Source: Acaryochloris thomasi RCC1774
Lineage (GTDB): Bacteria > Cyanobacteriota > Cyanobacteriia > Thermosynechococcales > Thermosynechococcaceae
DNA length: 32,000 bases
Assembly: GCF_003231495.1 (NCBI RefSeq)
Contig: NZ_PQWO01000009.1
Location: 60,001-92,000, forward strand
Reading direction: 5' to 3'
How positions within the stretch are numbered: position 1 is the stretch's first letter; each line of letters starts with the position of its first letter. The translations under genes were made by a program, and so were the position numbers. Under the pieces are notes generated by a model. It saw only the letters and a list, made by a program, of their open reading frames with translations, was not told the DNA's origin and searched no databases. This document shows, in pieces, positions 16,448 to 24,170 of this stretch.

Positions 16448-17293
16448 CTACCGCTCCTCCAGCCAGCTCTGTAAATCTGCCAAACTCGTGAAATCTAGCA
16501 GTGCCTCACTCAAATCTTCAAGTTCAGGCAAAGAAAGAGAGGCAAGGTGCGATCGCATTTCTTCCGGCAGCATTTGTCCTAGGCGATAAGTCAACTGGCG
16601 CATCACCACAGATAAAATCCCCTCCTCTTTTCCCTCTGCCTTGGCCTCTCGAATAGCACGAGGTTCCTCTGTTAAATCTAGACCTAACATTGCCTTGACC
16701 TCCGCTCGACTCGCGTTCTTTAGTTTGTACACCATAATTGAAGTCACTATGTCTATTATGTCTCGTCTTTTCTCCAAAGTGAATCCCGCCTGCTCAGTAC
16801 GTGCGATCAGATCCCTCGCAGCTTCAGGCGCTTCATTCTCTTTCACAATCGTCAACACCATTGCCCCTACAGCAATCGGAAGAGAGTCGATCTCTCCCGC
16901 CTCATTCAGATATACGCGATGAACCTGGTTGCCATTGAGCAGCGATCGATGGGGATGAAGCTTACTCTGTTCAGCCGCGCGAGAAGGATAAATGATCACC
17001 GCCTGCCAATCTGAAAAACGAGCGCTGTTGCGGTAAAAGTACAGCGCCGATTCACTAAACAATCGCTCGTAGAGTTCTTCATCCTTTTGCATCTGGACTT
17101 CGCAGAAGAAAACGACACCTGGTTCATCTCCCTCTGGCGGCAGGAACACCCCGTCAATTTCGAACTTGGGTTCCTTGACGGCAACTGAATCGAATCGATA
17201 GCCAGCCGCATTATTCGGTCTTTCCCCCAGCAGATCGAACAGCAGCTCGGGCGATTGCTGAAACAGCTTGTAGAACAGAGGGTCACGCCGCAT
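16448..17293 (-). CDS. Rpn-family recombination-promoting nuclease / putative transposase-like protein (DUF2887-type N-domain plus DUF4351-type C-domain)
   Basis: The N-terminus MRRDPLFYKLFQQSPELLFDLLGERPNNAAGYRFDSVAVKEPKFEIDGVFLPP...VVFFCEVQMQKD matches my memory of the cyanobacterial DUF2887/Rpn-like pattern, with a D...E.Q nuclease-like core. The C-terminal helical half is paralogous to 29512-29952. Its stop is only 2 nt from the convergent stop of the binding-protein gene. Confidence 0.75.
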   Translation of the reverse strand: MRRDPLFYKLFQQSPELLFDLLGERPNNAAGYRFDSVAVKEPKFEIDGVFLPPEGDEPGVVFFCEVQMQKDEELYERLFSESALYFYRNSARFSDWQAVIIYPSRAAEQSKLHPHRSLLNGNQVHRVYLNEAGEIDSLPIAVGAMVLTIVKENEAPEAARDLIARTEQAGFTLEKRRDIIDIVTSIMVYKLKNASRAEVKAMLGLDLTEEPRAIREAKAEGKEEGILSVVMRQLTYRLGQMLPEEMRSHLASLSLPELEDLSEALLDFTSLADLQSWLEER

Positions 17294-17421
17294 TGCACAT
17301 CCATCGAAAATAAGGCTCAGTTTACAGTCCCCGCCTCACGCATAGAAAAACACGACCGTATTTCATAACGTCTCAGAACATCACGGTCCCTAATGCATTC
17401 TCTAAGCGATAAACCACTACC

Positions 17422-18738
17422 GTGCATACCTTCACTCTAATTTGGCTGGGTCAACTGGTCTCTACCATTGGCAGCTATATGACCAGCTTTGCTCTAACGC
17501 TTTGGGCATGGCAGCTTACAGGCTCCGCAACGGCTCTGGCGCTAGTGGGATTCTTTTACGAGTTACCTCAGATTCCGGTTGCCCTCTTTGCGGGCATCAT
17601 TGTGGATCGCTTTAATCGCAAATATCTGATGATTTTGGGGGATGCAATTTCAGCCCTCTCTACCCTAATTCTGCTGCTGCTCCACTTAACCGGACAGCTC
17701 CACCTCTGGCATCTTTACCTGACTTCGGCTGCCATTGGCGGCTTCGGTCAAATTCAGCAGCTGGCCTATTCCACTTCCATAACGACACTGGTTCCGGTCC
17801 AGCACTATACCCGTGCCAACAGCATGAACTCTGTTGTGCATTATGGCTCTATTATTATTGCTCCGGCCGCAGCGGGCCTGCTCTACCCTGTCATTGGTTT
17901 AGCGGGGGTTTTGATGATTGATTTGGCGACCTTTGGCGTTGCGATCGCAACCCTGCTCCTCTCCCACATTCCTCAGCCCCCTCCAGAAAAAACAGGCTCT
18001 GCCAAGCAGACAGGAAAACTCTCTCGACTCTGGCAAGAAACCACATTTGGCATTCGTTATATCTGGCAGCATCCGCACCTACTGCGCTTGCTAATCATTA
18101 CAGCCTTGTTTTGGTTCTTCCATGATCTCGGCAGCGCCATTGATGACCCCATGATTCTTGCTCGTTCCGGCAGCAACGCTCAGGTTTTGGGTGCTATTGG
18201 AACGGCTGCAGGTATCGGGGGCGTCACAGGTGCGATCGTGTTGACTGCTTGGGGCGGCCCTAAACAGCGTATTCATGGACTACTCATTGGTTTTATGGGG
18301 GCAGGACTCGCCAAAACATTTTTTGGACTGGGCCAAAATCTCAAGGTCTGGGTGCCTGCTCAGTTTTTTTCATCCCTTAACTTTCCGCTGTTGGGTAGCT
18401 CAGAAACAGCAATCTGGATGGAGAGCACTACACCTGAGATTCAAGGTCGAGTGTTTGCCGCGAACTCACTGGTGTTGCAAGGAGTAAGCACAATCGCAAC
18501 CCTGATTGCCGGTCCTCTGGCTGAGCGTATTTTTGAACCTGCAGTGCATTCAAAAAAAGTGGCCTGGGTCGTTGAACCAATACTGGGAACTCAACTCGGT
18601 GCAGGCACTGCTCTACTTTATATCCTCACATCTTTGGCACTTGTGTTAGTTGGGGTGGGTGGATATTGCTTACCGCCTTTGTCTCAGGCAAACGATCCAG
18701 CACTGATTGACAGCCAGGAATCGCACGCAGATGAATAG
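17422..18738 (+). CDS. MFS transporter (EntS/MFS_3-like; possible siderophore exporter or importer) (module 1)
   Basis: 438 aa with about 12 TM segments. The N-terminus IWLGQLVSTIGSYMTSFALTLWAWQLTGSATALALVG...IVDRFNRKYLMILGD is paralogous to 24171-25454. GTG start. Confidence 0.85.
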   Translation: MHTFTLIWLGQLVSTIGSYMTSFALTLWAWQLTGSATALALVGFFYELPQIPVALFAGIIVDRFNRKYLMILGDAISALSTLILLLLHLTGQLHLWHLYLTSAAIGGFGQIQQLAYSTSITTLVPVQHYTRANSMNSVVHYGSIIIAPAAAGLLYPVIGLAGVLMIDLATFGVAIATLLLSHIPQPPPEKTGSAKQTGKLSRLWQETTFGIRYIWQHPHLLRLLIITALFWFFHDLGSAIDDPMILARSGSNAQVLGAIGTAAGIGGVTGAIVLTAWGGPKQRIHGLLIGFMGAGLAKTFFGLGQNLKVWVPAQFFSSLNFPLLGSSETAIWMESTTPEIQGRVFAANSLVLQGVSTIATLIAGPLAERIFEPAVHSKKVAWVVEPILGTQLGAGTALLYILTSLALVLVGVGGYCLPPLSQANDPALIDSQESHADE

Positions 18739-18769
18739 CGATCATTCATTTAAGAACGCAGAGTTCTCG

Positions 18770-19687
18770 CTATCTCACTCCCTGTACATTAGTCTCTGCA
18801 AAAGATTGAGGATAGATAAGGGGCAGAAGCCGCTCTAACATTAACCCGATCAAACGAGTGCCGTTGCCCCAGTGCCAAAATGGCTCAATTTCATAGACCT
18901 GTTGAGTCTGCACAGCCTTAAGCTGCCTCCAGGTCGGATGCTGATGAAGCTGCTCAGAGAGCGGTTTATTTTTAGGACTAAAAGATTGCACAAAAATAAT
19001 ATCAGGATCAACCGTCAAAATTCGCTGCAGCGAGAGGTAGATCAGTCCAACTTCTCTGCGCTCAGGCTTTGGCTTTGACCAAGGGAAATTTGTAAATTGC
19101 TGCAGAACACTACCGACCGTCCCCGTATCCGTTTCTACGGGATAGCAGTTCAACCTGCGATTGATGGTTGCACCGCCCATGACTATTACAGTCGGTTGAG
19201 ATTGGTGCTGTAGCAGCCGTTGCATATCTCGAATCTGTTGGGTGAGGGTTGCGATCGCATCCTTCCCCTGTCTCTCTCGCCCCGTCCAACGACCGACCCG
19301 CTGCAGTCTAGCGACAGCGGCATCATAACCCGCTCCTTCCACCAGCAAGAGCGGCGCAATACGGTTGAGTTGCTTATAAAAACGGTGGGGGAAATGCCAG
19401 CCTAAAATCAAATCGGGATGGCTTTGGCGAATAGCTTTCCAGTTTGGAAAAATCCACGATCCGGCGTTCATGAATGATCGAGCGCGATCGCCGTAAAACT
19501 CCGGTCGGTCAGCGACGCCCTGATTAAGATAGCCCACTGGCTCTAGCCCCAGTTCAACCAAGCAATCAAGCCCGGTTGCCGTCAGGCAAACAATCCGTTG
19601 AGCAGGCTGATCTAACCGAATTTCAGCACTAAGGTCATTACTTTCCTGAATTGGAGTCGCTTTAAACGCACTCTTTCCCTTTGTCAT
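18770..19687 (-). CDS. FhuD/BtuF-like type-2 binding-protein fold without any signal peptide (predicted cytoplasmic)
   Basis: Family pattern RIVCLTATGLDCLVELGLEPVGY...HPDLILGW...DPDIIFV...WRQLKAVQTQQVYEI. The preferred start is ATG 19687, which overlaps the stop of the upstream methyltransferase frame as ATGA. Neither this start nor the longer track ORF (to 19783) encodes a hydrophobic leader. Confidence 0.75.
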   Translation of the reverse strand: MTKGKSAFKATPIQESNDLSAEIRLDQPAQRIVCLTATGLDCLVELGLEPVGYLNQGVADRPEFYGDRARSFMNAGSWIFPNWKAIRQSHPDLILGWHFPHRFYKQLNRIAPLLLVEGAGYDAAVARLQRVGRWTGRERQGKDAIATLTQQIRDMQRLLQHQSQPTVIVMGGATINRRLNCYPVETDTGTVGSVLQQFTNFPWSKPKPERREVGLIYLSLQRILTVDPDIIFVQSFSPKNKPLSEQLHQHPTWRQLKAVQTQQVYEIEPFWHWGNGTRLIGLMLERLLPLIYPQSFAETNVQGVR

Positions 19688-20577
19688 ATCGGTTCTGGTC
19701 CCAGTTGCAATCGCACAATTCGGCCTGAGTTTTTGAAGAGCGCCATTGGGAGCGCTGGGAGTAGCTGACTGATTACCCGCCACGTCGTGGGTAAACGCTG
19801 GGGATAGTCGAGAAAATGCTGGAGATAAAATTGTTCTTCTTTCAGAACAAAATTAGGATTCCAGGTTTCCAGCTCGCGGGAGCGATCAATGCCCCATTGA
19901 AACTGAGCTGAGGTTTTAGAAACTGTGTCGTGGCGACGAGTACGATTGGCAACCTTGCGGTTGAGAACATCAAATACAACGTGGGCAAAGCCGAAACGAC
20001 GCTCAAGCTGTTCTAATAACGCTCGGTTGTCTGCTTCGCTGAGGTACATTGAAACCCCTTCATAGATAATCATCACGGGTTGGTTCGGCTGATGATCAAC
20101 TGCATCTATCCAGGCAAAGTCTAAGATAGAAGACGCGATCACAGTGTTGCGATCTCATCCCTCAAACAACTGCCGCCGTAGCTCAATCACCTCGGGAAAG
20201 TCGATATCGTACCAGCGGACTTGGGCTGTCTCTAGGCGCAAATAGCGCGTGCAAAGCCCTGCCCCCAAATTAACAATTATTGCTTCAGGGTGGGTGTCAA
20301 TGAAGGTTTGGACTAGCATATCGATGTGCCAAGCCCGAATCACACAGCCCAACTGAGATGACCATCCTGGCTCGAATTTCGCAAAGTCATAGTCGAGCCG
20401 CTGAGCGATTTCAATCGCCTTTTCATCCTGTAAAATGGCATCAGACTTTTGGCTTTCAGCCGCTCGTGCATAGAGTGTAATGAGTAGCGTTTCAGGTACA
20501 CCCGCAAGCTGCAATGAGATATCAGAAGTGGCTGACATAGGAGCGTCTAGGGATAGAGAACAGGGGGCTGTGATCAC
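19684..20577 (-). pseudogene. Class I SAM-dependent methyltransferase (TcmP / leucine carboxyl methyltransferase-like family) interrupted by a single in-frame TGA at 20155-20157
   Basis: Two track ORFs (20155-20577 and 19684-20142) are in the same frame. My reading across the junction is ...ELRRQLFEG-TGA-DRNTVIASSILDFAWIDAV.... The N-half has the SAM motif IVNLGAGLCTRYLRL and the C-half has IIYEGVSMYLSE. Together they give about 297 codons, the normal length for the family. Confidence 0.75.
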
Positions 20578-20611
20578 ATCAAGTCAAATTCAGGAACGAA
20601 ATTGATGCCAG

Positions 20612-21226
20612 CTATGCTGCAACCGGGGTCAGTGAAAAATATTGGTGATAGTCCCGCACTAGAGCGACCTTGCCATAACGCGGATCAATCTCAATTCCCT
20701 GAATCTCTAGGGAGCGACAGCTTGTGCTACTCGCGATCGGAATGCTGTAAAATTCTGTCTCTAGTGCTTTGAGTGGCAGGCATAACTTAAAGATAGTGGA
20801 CCTATAGGCCGCAGGGATAAACCCCTCACCCCCCATGTTTAAAGCGGGCTGATTATGAAAAGAGAGCTGTCCGGTATTGTTCAGAATTCCGGCAGGCGTC
20901 TCAAACTGCTCACACCAGCGCAGCGCTAGGAACCATTTTGCATCTGCTAGACGGTTAAAAACACGCTCCGATTGAGTTTGGGGTAAGACCTTATATCCTC
21001 CTTCCACGGCCATGATCGAGCCACCTAAAAATCCAAATAAAAGTCCAATCGAGTTACTCATGAAACGGCTATCCATACGCTGCAAAAGAAAACCCTGGAG
21101 AATATGCCTATCCCCCAGGTGAGTTTGACTGTGTTGAGAGGGAACGTCTAAAGTCAAAGAATCAATAGTTTTGTCGTAGGTTTCGTAATTTACCCCTTCG
21201 ACCGATAGGAGTAGAGCTGCCAGCAT
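20612..21226 (-). CDS. Hypothetical protein (no family recognised)
   Basis: 204-codon ORF in the same orientation as the flanking genes and tightly packed with them. The start is uncertain: ATG 21226 overlaps the upstream gene by 37 nt, and internal ATGs lie at 21076 and 21061. One hydrophobic stretch, SIGLLFGFLGGSIMAV. Confidence 0.45.
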   Translation of the reverse strand: MLAALLLSVEGVNYETYDKTIDSLTLDVPSQHSQTHLGDRHILQGFLLQRMDSRFMSNSIGLLFGFLGGSIMAVEGGYKVLPQTQSERVFNRLADAKWFLALRWCEQFETPAGILNNTGQLSFHNQPALNMGGEGFIPAAYRSTIFKLCLPLKALETEFYSIPIASSTSCRSLEIQGIEIDPRYGKVALVRDYHQYFSLTPVAA

Positions 21227-21471
21227 CTTTCAAGTGCCAGGATGAGCTGTAGACGAGGTTGCATTGCTCGTCTTGAAACGCTCCAGACTTGAATGGCAAT
21301 CTCAGGATTATCCACCTGAACCGTTAGCGGTTGATAGGCCCCGCAGTCACAGGGAATATCAAGTTCCTGGAGACGACGATAAATTGCCCATCGGTTTTGA
21401 CCGTTGATTTCAATCGCAGTGCCGATCTTCGAAGCCTGATTTTTAGAGTCCATTTTCTTCCTAATCTTCAT
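21190..21471 (-). CDS. Small Asr1405/Asl0597-family-like protein (cyanobacterial, unknown function)
   Basis: The core RWAIYRRLQELDIPCDCGAYQPLTVQVDNPEIAIQVWSVSRRAMQPRLQLILALERCW matches my memory of the family pattern W.VY.RLQEL.IPC.C...QPL.V......A.QLWSV. The likely start is ATG 21471 or 21453, not 21585. Confidence 0.6.
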   Translation of the reverse strand: MKIRKKMDSKNQASKIGTAIEINGQNRWAIYRRLQELDIPCDCGAYQPLTVQVDNPEIAIQVWSVSRRAMQPRLQLILALERCWQLYSYRSKG

Positions 21472-21641
21472 ACTGGAATGCAAAACACCGTGATTTCTAT
21501 AACCTCTACTTAGTAGGTCACTGATATTAAATACAAGATGAAATAAATTCTCAATAATTTTTGCCGACAAAAATATATTGCTCAAATCGCTTTGAAGACC
21601 TGGACTATGGACTTCTCATTGTTTGTTAGGGTGAAAACGTC

Positions 21642-21668
21642 TGACTGATTCAATTGATAATTCAGTCA
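21642..21668. promoter_or_regulatory. 27-bp palindrome TGACTGA-N13-TCAGTCA with a Fur/PerR-like core (ATTGATAATTCA); candidate operator upstream of dps
   Basis: Read directly: 7-bp perfect arms plus 2 further inner pairings. It lies 142-168 nt upstream of the dps ATG, in the divergent region shared with the Asr1405-like gene. Confidence 0.35.
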
Positions 21669-21809
21669 AAAGTAAGTCAACAGACAACCACTTAACTGAC
21701 AGGGACATAACGCTGCTTTTTGGGCCACTCACCCAATCGTCAGCTTCTCCGTTAGCTCTGGGCTTTTGCCCGATACATTCAATCATTTCGCTTTGGATAG
21801 GAGAACACC

Positions 21810-22337
21810 ATGCCAGAAGTTATTGCACAACCCTTTAGTCAAGTTACAGATAATGTCCTGCGGCTTGAATCATCAATCACCGAGCCAGTTTGCGAAGGAA
21901 TGAATGCCCTACTCGCTAGCTTTCAGGCTTTATATCTGCAGTATCAAAAGCATCACTTTGTGGTTGAGGGCGCTGAATTTTATAGTCTGCATGAGTTTTT
22001 TCATGAGAGTGCAGGTGAAGCCAAAGGCTATGTTCATGAACTCGGAGAGCGCCTCAATGGCCTGGGTGGCGTCCCGGCTGCGAGCTTCACGAAGCTCGCA
22101 GAGCTATGCTGCTTTACCCCAGAAGCCGATGACGCTTTTGACTGCCGCACTATGGTGGAACATGATCTAGCGGCTGAGCAGTCTGTAATTGATGTACTGC
22201 GCCGACAGGCATCTCAGGCAGAGAGCTTAGGCGATCGCGCCACTCGTTTTGTCTACGAGAAAATGTTAGTGGAGACAGAAGAGCGGGCCTATCACCTCGC
22301 TCACTTTTTAGCCCCAGATACTCTGGTACAGAAGTAG
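21810..22337 (+). CDS. dps: Dps family protein (DNA-binding ferritin-like, iron storage and oxidative-stress protection)
   Basis: 175 aa. Dps signature region [49 protein letters not shown] and ...[26 protein letters not shown]. Confidence 0.9.
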   Translation: MPEVIAQPFSQVTDNVLRLESSITEPVCEGMNALLASFQALYLQYQKHHFVVEGAEFYSLHEFFHESAGEAKGYVHELGERLNGLGGVPAASFTKLAELCCFTPEADDAFDCRTMVEHDLAAEQSVIDVLRRQASQAESLGDRATRFVYEKMLVETEERAYHLAHFLAPDTLVQK

Positions 22338-22450
22338 CTTGCTGGTGCGGTGCATTGATCAATATCGTCTGCATCATGCTGGCATCTTCGAAATGAGCTA
22401 CTGCGAGTAGGCCGGACACGCTTCTCTAGCGACTGAAGTTTTACTTATGA

Positions 22451-22486
22451 ATAGAGCCTTGACTGAGTTGAGGCTCTATTTTTGTT
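22451..22486 (+). terminator. Rho-independent terminator downstream of dps
   Basis: Perfect 9-bp stem ATAGAGCCT / AGGCTCTAT (10 bp with the flanking A-T pair), an 11-nt loop, then TTTTGTT. There is no T-run on the opposite strand, so it is unidirectional. Confidence 0.6.
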
Positions 22487-22956
22487 GGCTGATGTTGCTC
22501 ACGATTATAGCCTTATTGATATATACTTGCAATAGTGACAAGCTAAAGAAACTTAGGCTTCTGTTTTTCTTAGACGTCAAAGTCTTTATAGGTAAAGCTT
22601 TCGAGTCGTCTTAGTGATCATAATTTTGGTTTGATCATCATTGACCTGTGCAGATTATTGATATTTTAATTCAACAGATTTTTAATAAATCTATAACTAG
22701 AGCAGCAACAAGTATTTAGAGCCTTTGCCAGCAGAAGGTTTCGGGCACTAACATTGTCTCTTCCTTTTGCTTTATCAATTTCTATTGTTAGTAAGGTCTT
22801 GAGCTGCAGGTCAGTGACAGCGTCCTCAGAGTGCCTTTATCTCCGATGTGGATGCAATAGATATTGATGGTTTTGAGGAATATTTCGCCTTGACAGCATT
22901 CTAGATTGAGTTTTGACTTTTTTCCTTTGCTATTGCTCTCTCATTTGTAAGTATTT

Positions 22957-23787
22957 ATGGTTTTGGCTCTCGATTCCCCTGTCTCTACGCTATCGGTTGA
23001 AGCTAAGCCGAAGCCACAGTTTTGGTCTCGGCCTATTTTTGCACCCGAACAGGGAAGCATACTGGTGCTGGGCGGGGCAATTGTTTCCGGTGCTTCATTG
23101 GCCCAAGCCTGGACATCGGCAACAACGCTGGTTTGTCTCTGTACCTTTTTTGCCCTACAGGTCGAGCATCCGCTGGTGGTTTTGTTGAAGCTCAAGTGCT
23201 GGAAAACTCGATTTGTCTTGTGGGGCGGGCTGTACGGTTTGATTGCGCTTGCCGTTGCATTGTGGCTGTCTTGGTCAACACCAGAGCTGCTGTGGATCTT
23301 TGGGGTTGCGATCGCATCTCTCCTCATCGACCTTGTGGCCGTCACTCGCAAGCAACACAAATCGATTGCCAACGAGATCACAATGTTCGCAGCCATTTGC
23401 TTATCTACGCCCTTAGCCTACGGAGCGACAGTGGGAGCCATTACCCCTGAAGCTATTGGCCTCTGGATCTTGAACTCACTCTTTTTCGCCACTGCGGTGT
23501 TCACGATCAAGTTTCGTAAGGGCAAAGCCGATGTCTGGTCTGGGGTAACGTATCTGGCCGTGGCTGTCGTGATGATTGCTGGACTCTATTTCCTTGGCTG
23601 GTTGAAGATGCTGACCGCTCTCACCTTCGGTATCGCAATTTTGAAGTTTGGTGCGGTGGTCTGCTTCCAGGATTGGTATCGGACCTGTTGGTTTGGTGCG
23701 ATCGCAAGATTTGAGACCTACTTTGCCCTTTCTTACATTTGTCTTGTGGCGCTGACCCTCTTACCCCCACATTTGCCAACGAGTTAG
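22957..23787 (+). CDS. Polytopic membrane protein, YwiC-like family (unknown function)
   Basis: 276 aa with about 8 hydrophobic helices. PEQGSILVLGGAIVSGASLAQAW near the N-terminus and KSIANEITMFAAICLSTPLAYGA mid-protein resemble YwiC-like proteins as I recall them. It is the longest and most hydrophobic of several overlapping ORFs here. Confidence 0.65.
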   Translation: MVLALDSPVSTLSVEAKPKPQFWSRPIFAPEQGSILVLGGAIVSGASLAQAWTSATTLVCLCTFFALQVEHPLVVLLKLKCWKTRFVLWGGLYGLIALAVALWLSWSTPELLWIFGVAIASLLIDLVAVTRKQHKSIANEITMFAAICLSTPLAYGATVGAITPEAIGLWILNSLFFATAVFTIKFRKGKADVWSGVTYLAVAVVMIAGLYFLGWLKMLTALTFGIAILKFGAVVCFQDWYRTCWFGAIARFETYFALSYICLVALTLLPPHLPTS

Positions 23788-23838
23788 CCTCTAATCGCGC
23801 AGTCACTTGCCCGTCTCTTTGGAACCAAAGGAATCAAT

Positions 23839-24132
23839 ATGTATAAAGTTACCTTCATTAACGAAGAGCTAGATCTCAATCAAACCATTGAAGTTCCTGA
23901 TGATGAATACATTCTAGATGCAGCCGAAGATCAGGATATTGATCTGCCTTTCTCCTGTCGAGCCGGGGCTTGTTCAACCTGCGCTGGCAAAGTTCTATCG
24001 GGAGAGGTTGACCAAAAGGATCAATCTTTTCTTGATGATGGACAAACAGACGCAGGCTATGCGCTATTGTGTGTCGCCTATGCTCTTTCAGACTGCACTA
24101 TTGAAACCCACTCAGAAGAAGAACTTTTCTAG
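23839..24132 (+). CDS. Plant-type [2Fe-2S] ferredoxin
   Basis: 97 aa. Cluster motif [11 protein letters not shown]...LLC and the typical MYKVTFI...ETHSEEELF architecture. Confidence 0.95.
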   Translation: MYKVTFINEELDLNQTIEVPDDEYILDAAEDQDIDLPFSCRAGACSTCAGKVLSGEVDQKDQSFLDDGQTDAGYALLCVAYALSDCTIETHSEEELF

Positions 24133-24170
24133 ATGGGGCCCAAGATATGAGAATATCCCGTTAGGAAGAC

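Noticed and set aside
19688-19783. 32-codon N-terminal extension of the leaderless binding protein (track ORF start at 19783)
   Set aside because: The extension overlaps the methyltransferase frame, is hydrophilic, and adds no leader. The ATG at 19687 forms an ATGA overlap with the upstream stop, the more typical coupled arrangement.
20155-20157. The in-frame TGA of the methyltransferase as a selenocysteine codon
   Set aside because: The position lies in a variable linker of the family, not a catalytic Cys site. The adjacent 6-bp hairpin does not resemble a bacterial SECIS in spacing or loop. A nonsense mutation or sequencing error is more parsimonious.
22913-23450. Overlapping ORFs 22913-23188 +, 22941-23396 - and 23022-23450 + competing with the YwiC-like gene
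   Set aside because: The 22957-23787 frame is the longest, is uniformly hydrophobic and helical, and carries family-like motifs. The others are Cys/Arg-rich and lack plausible structure.
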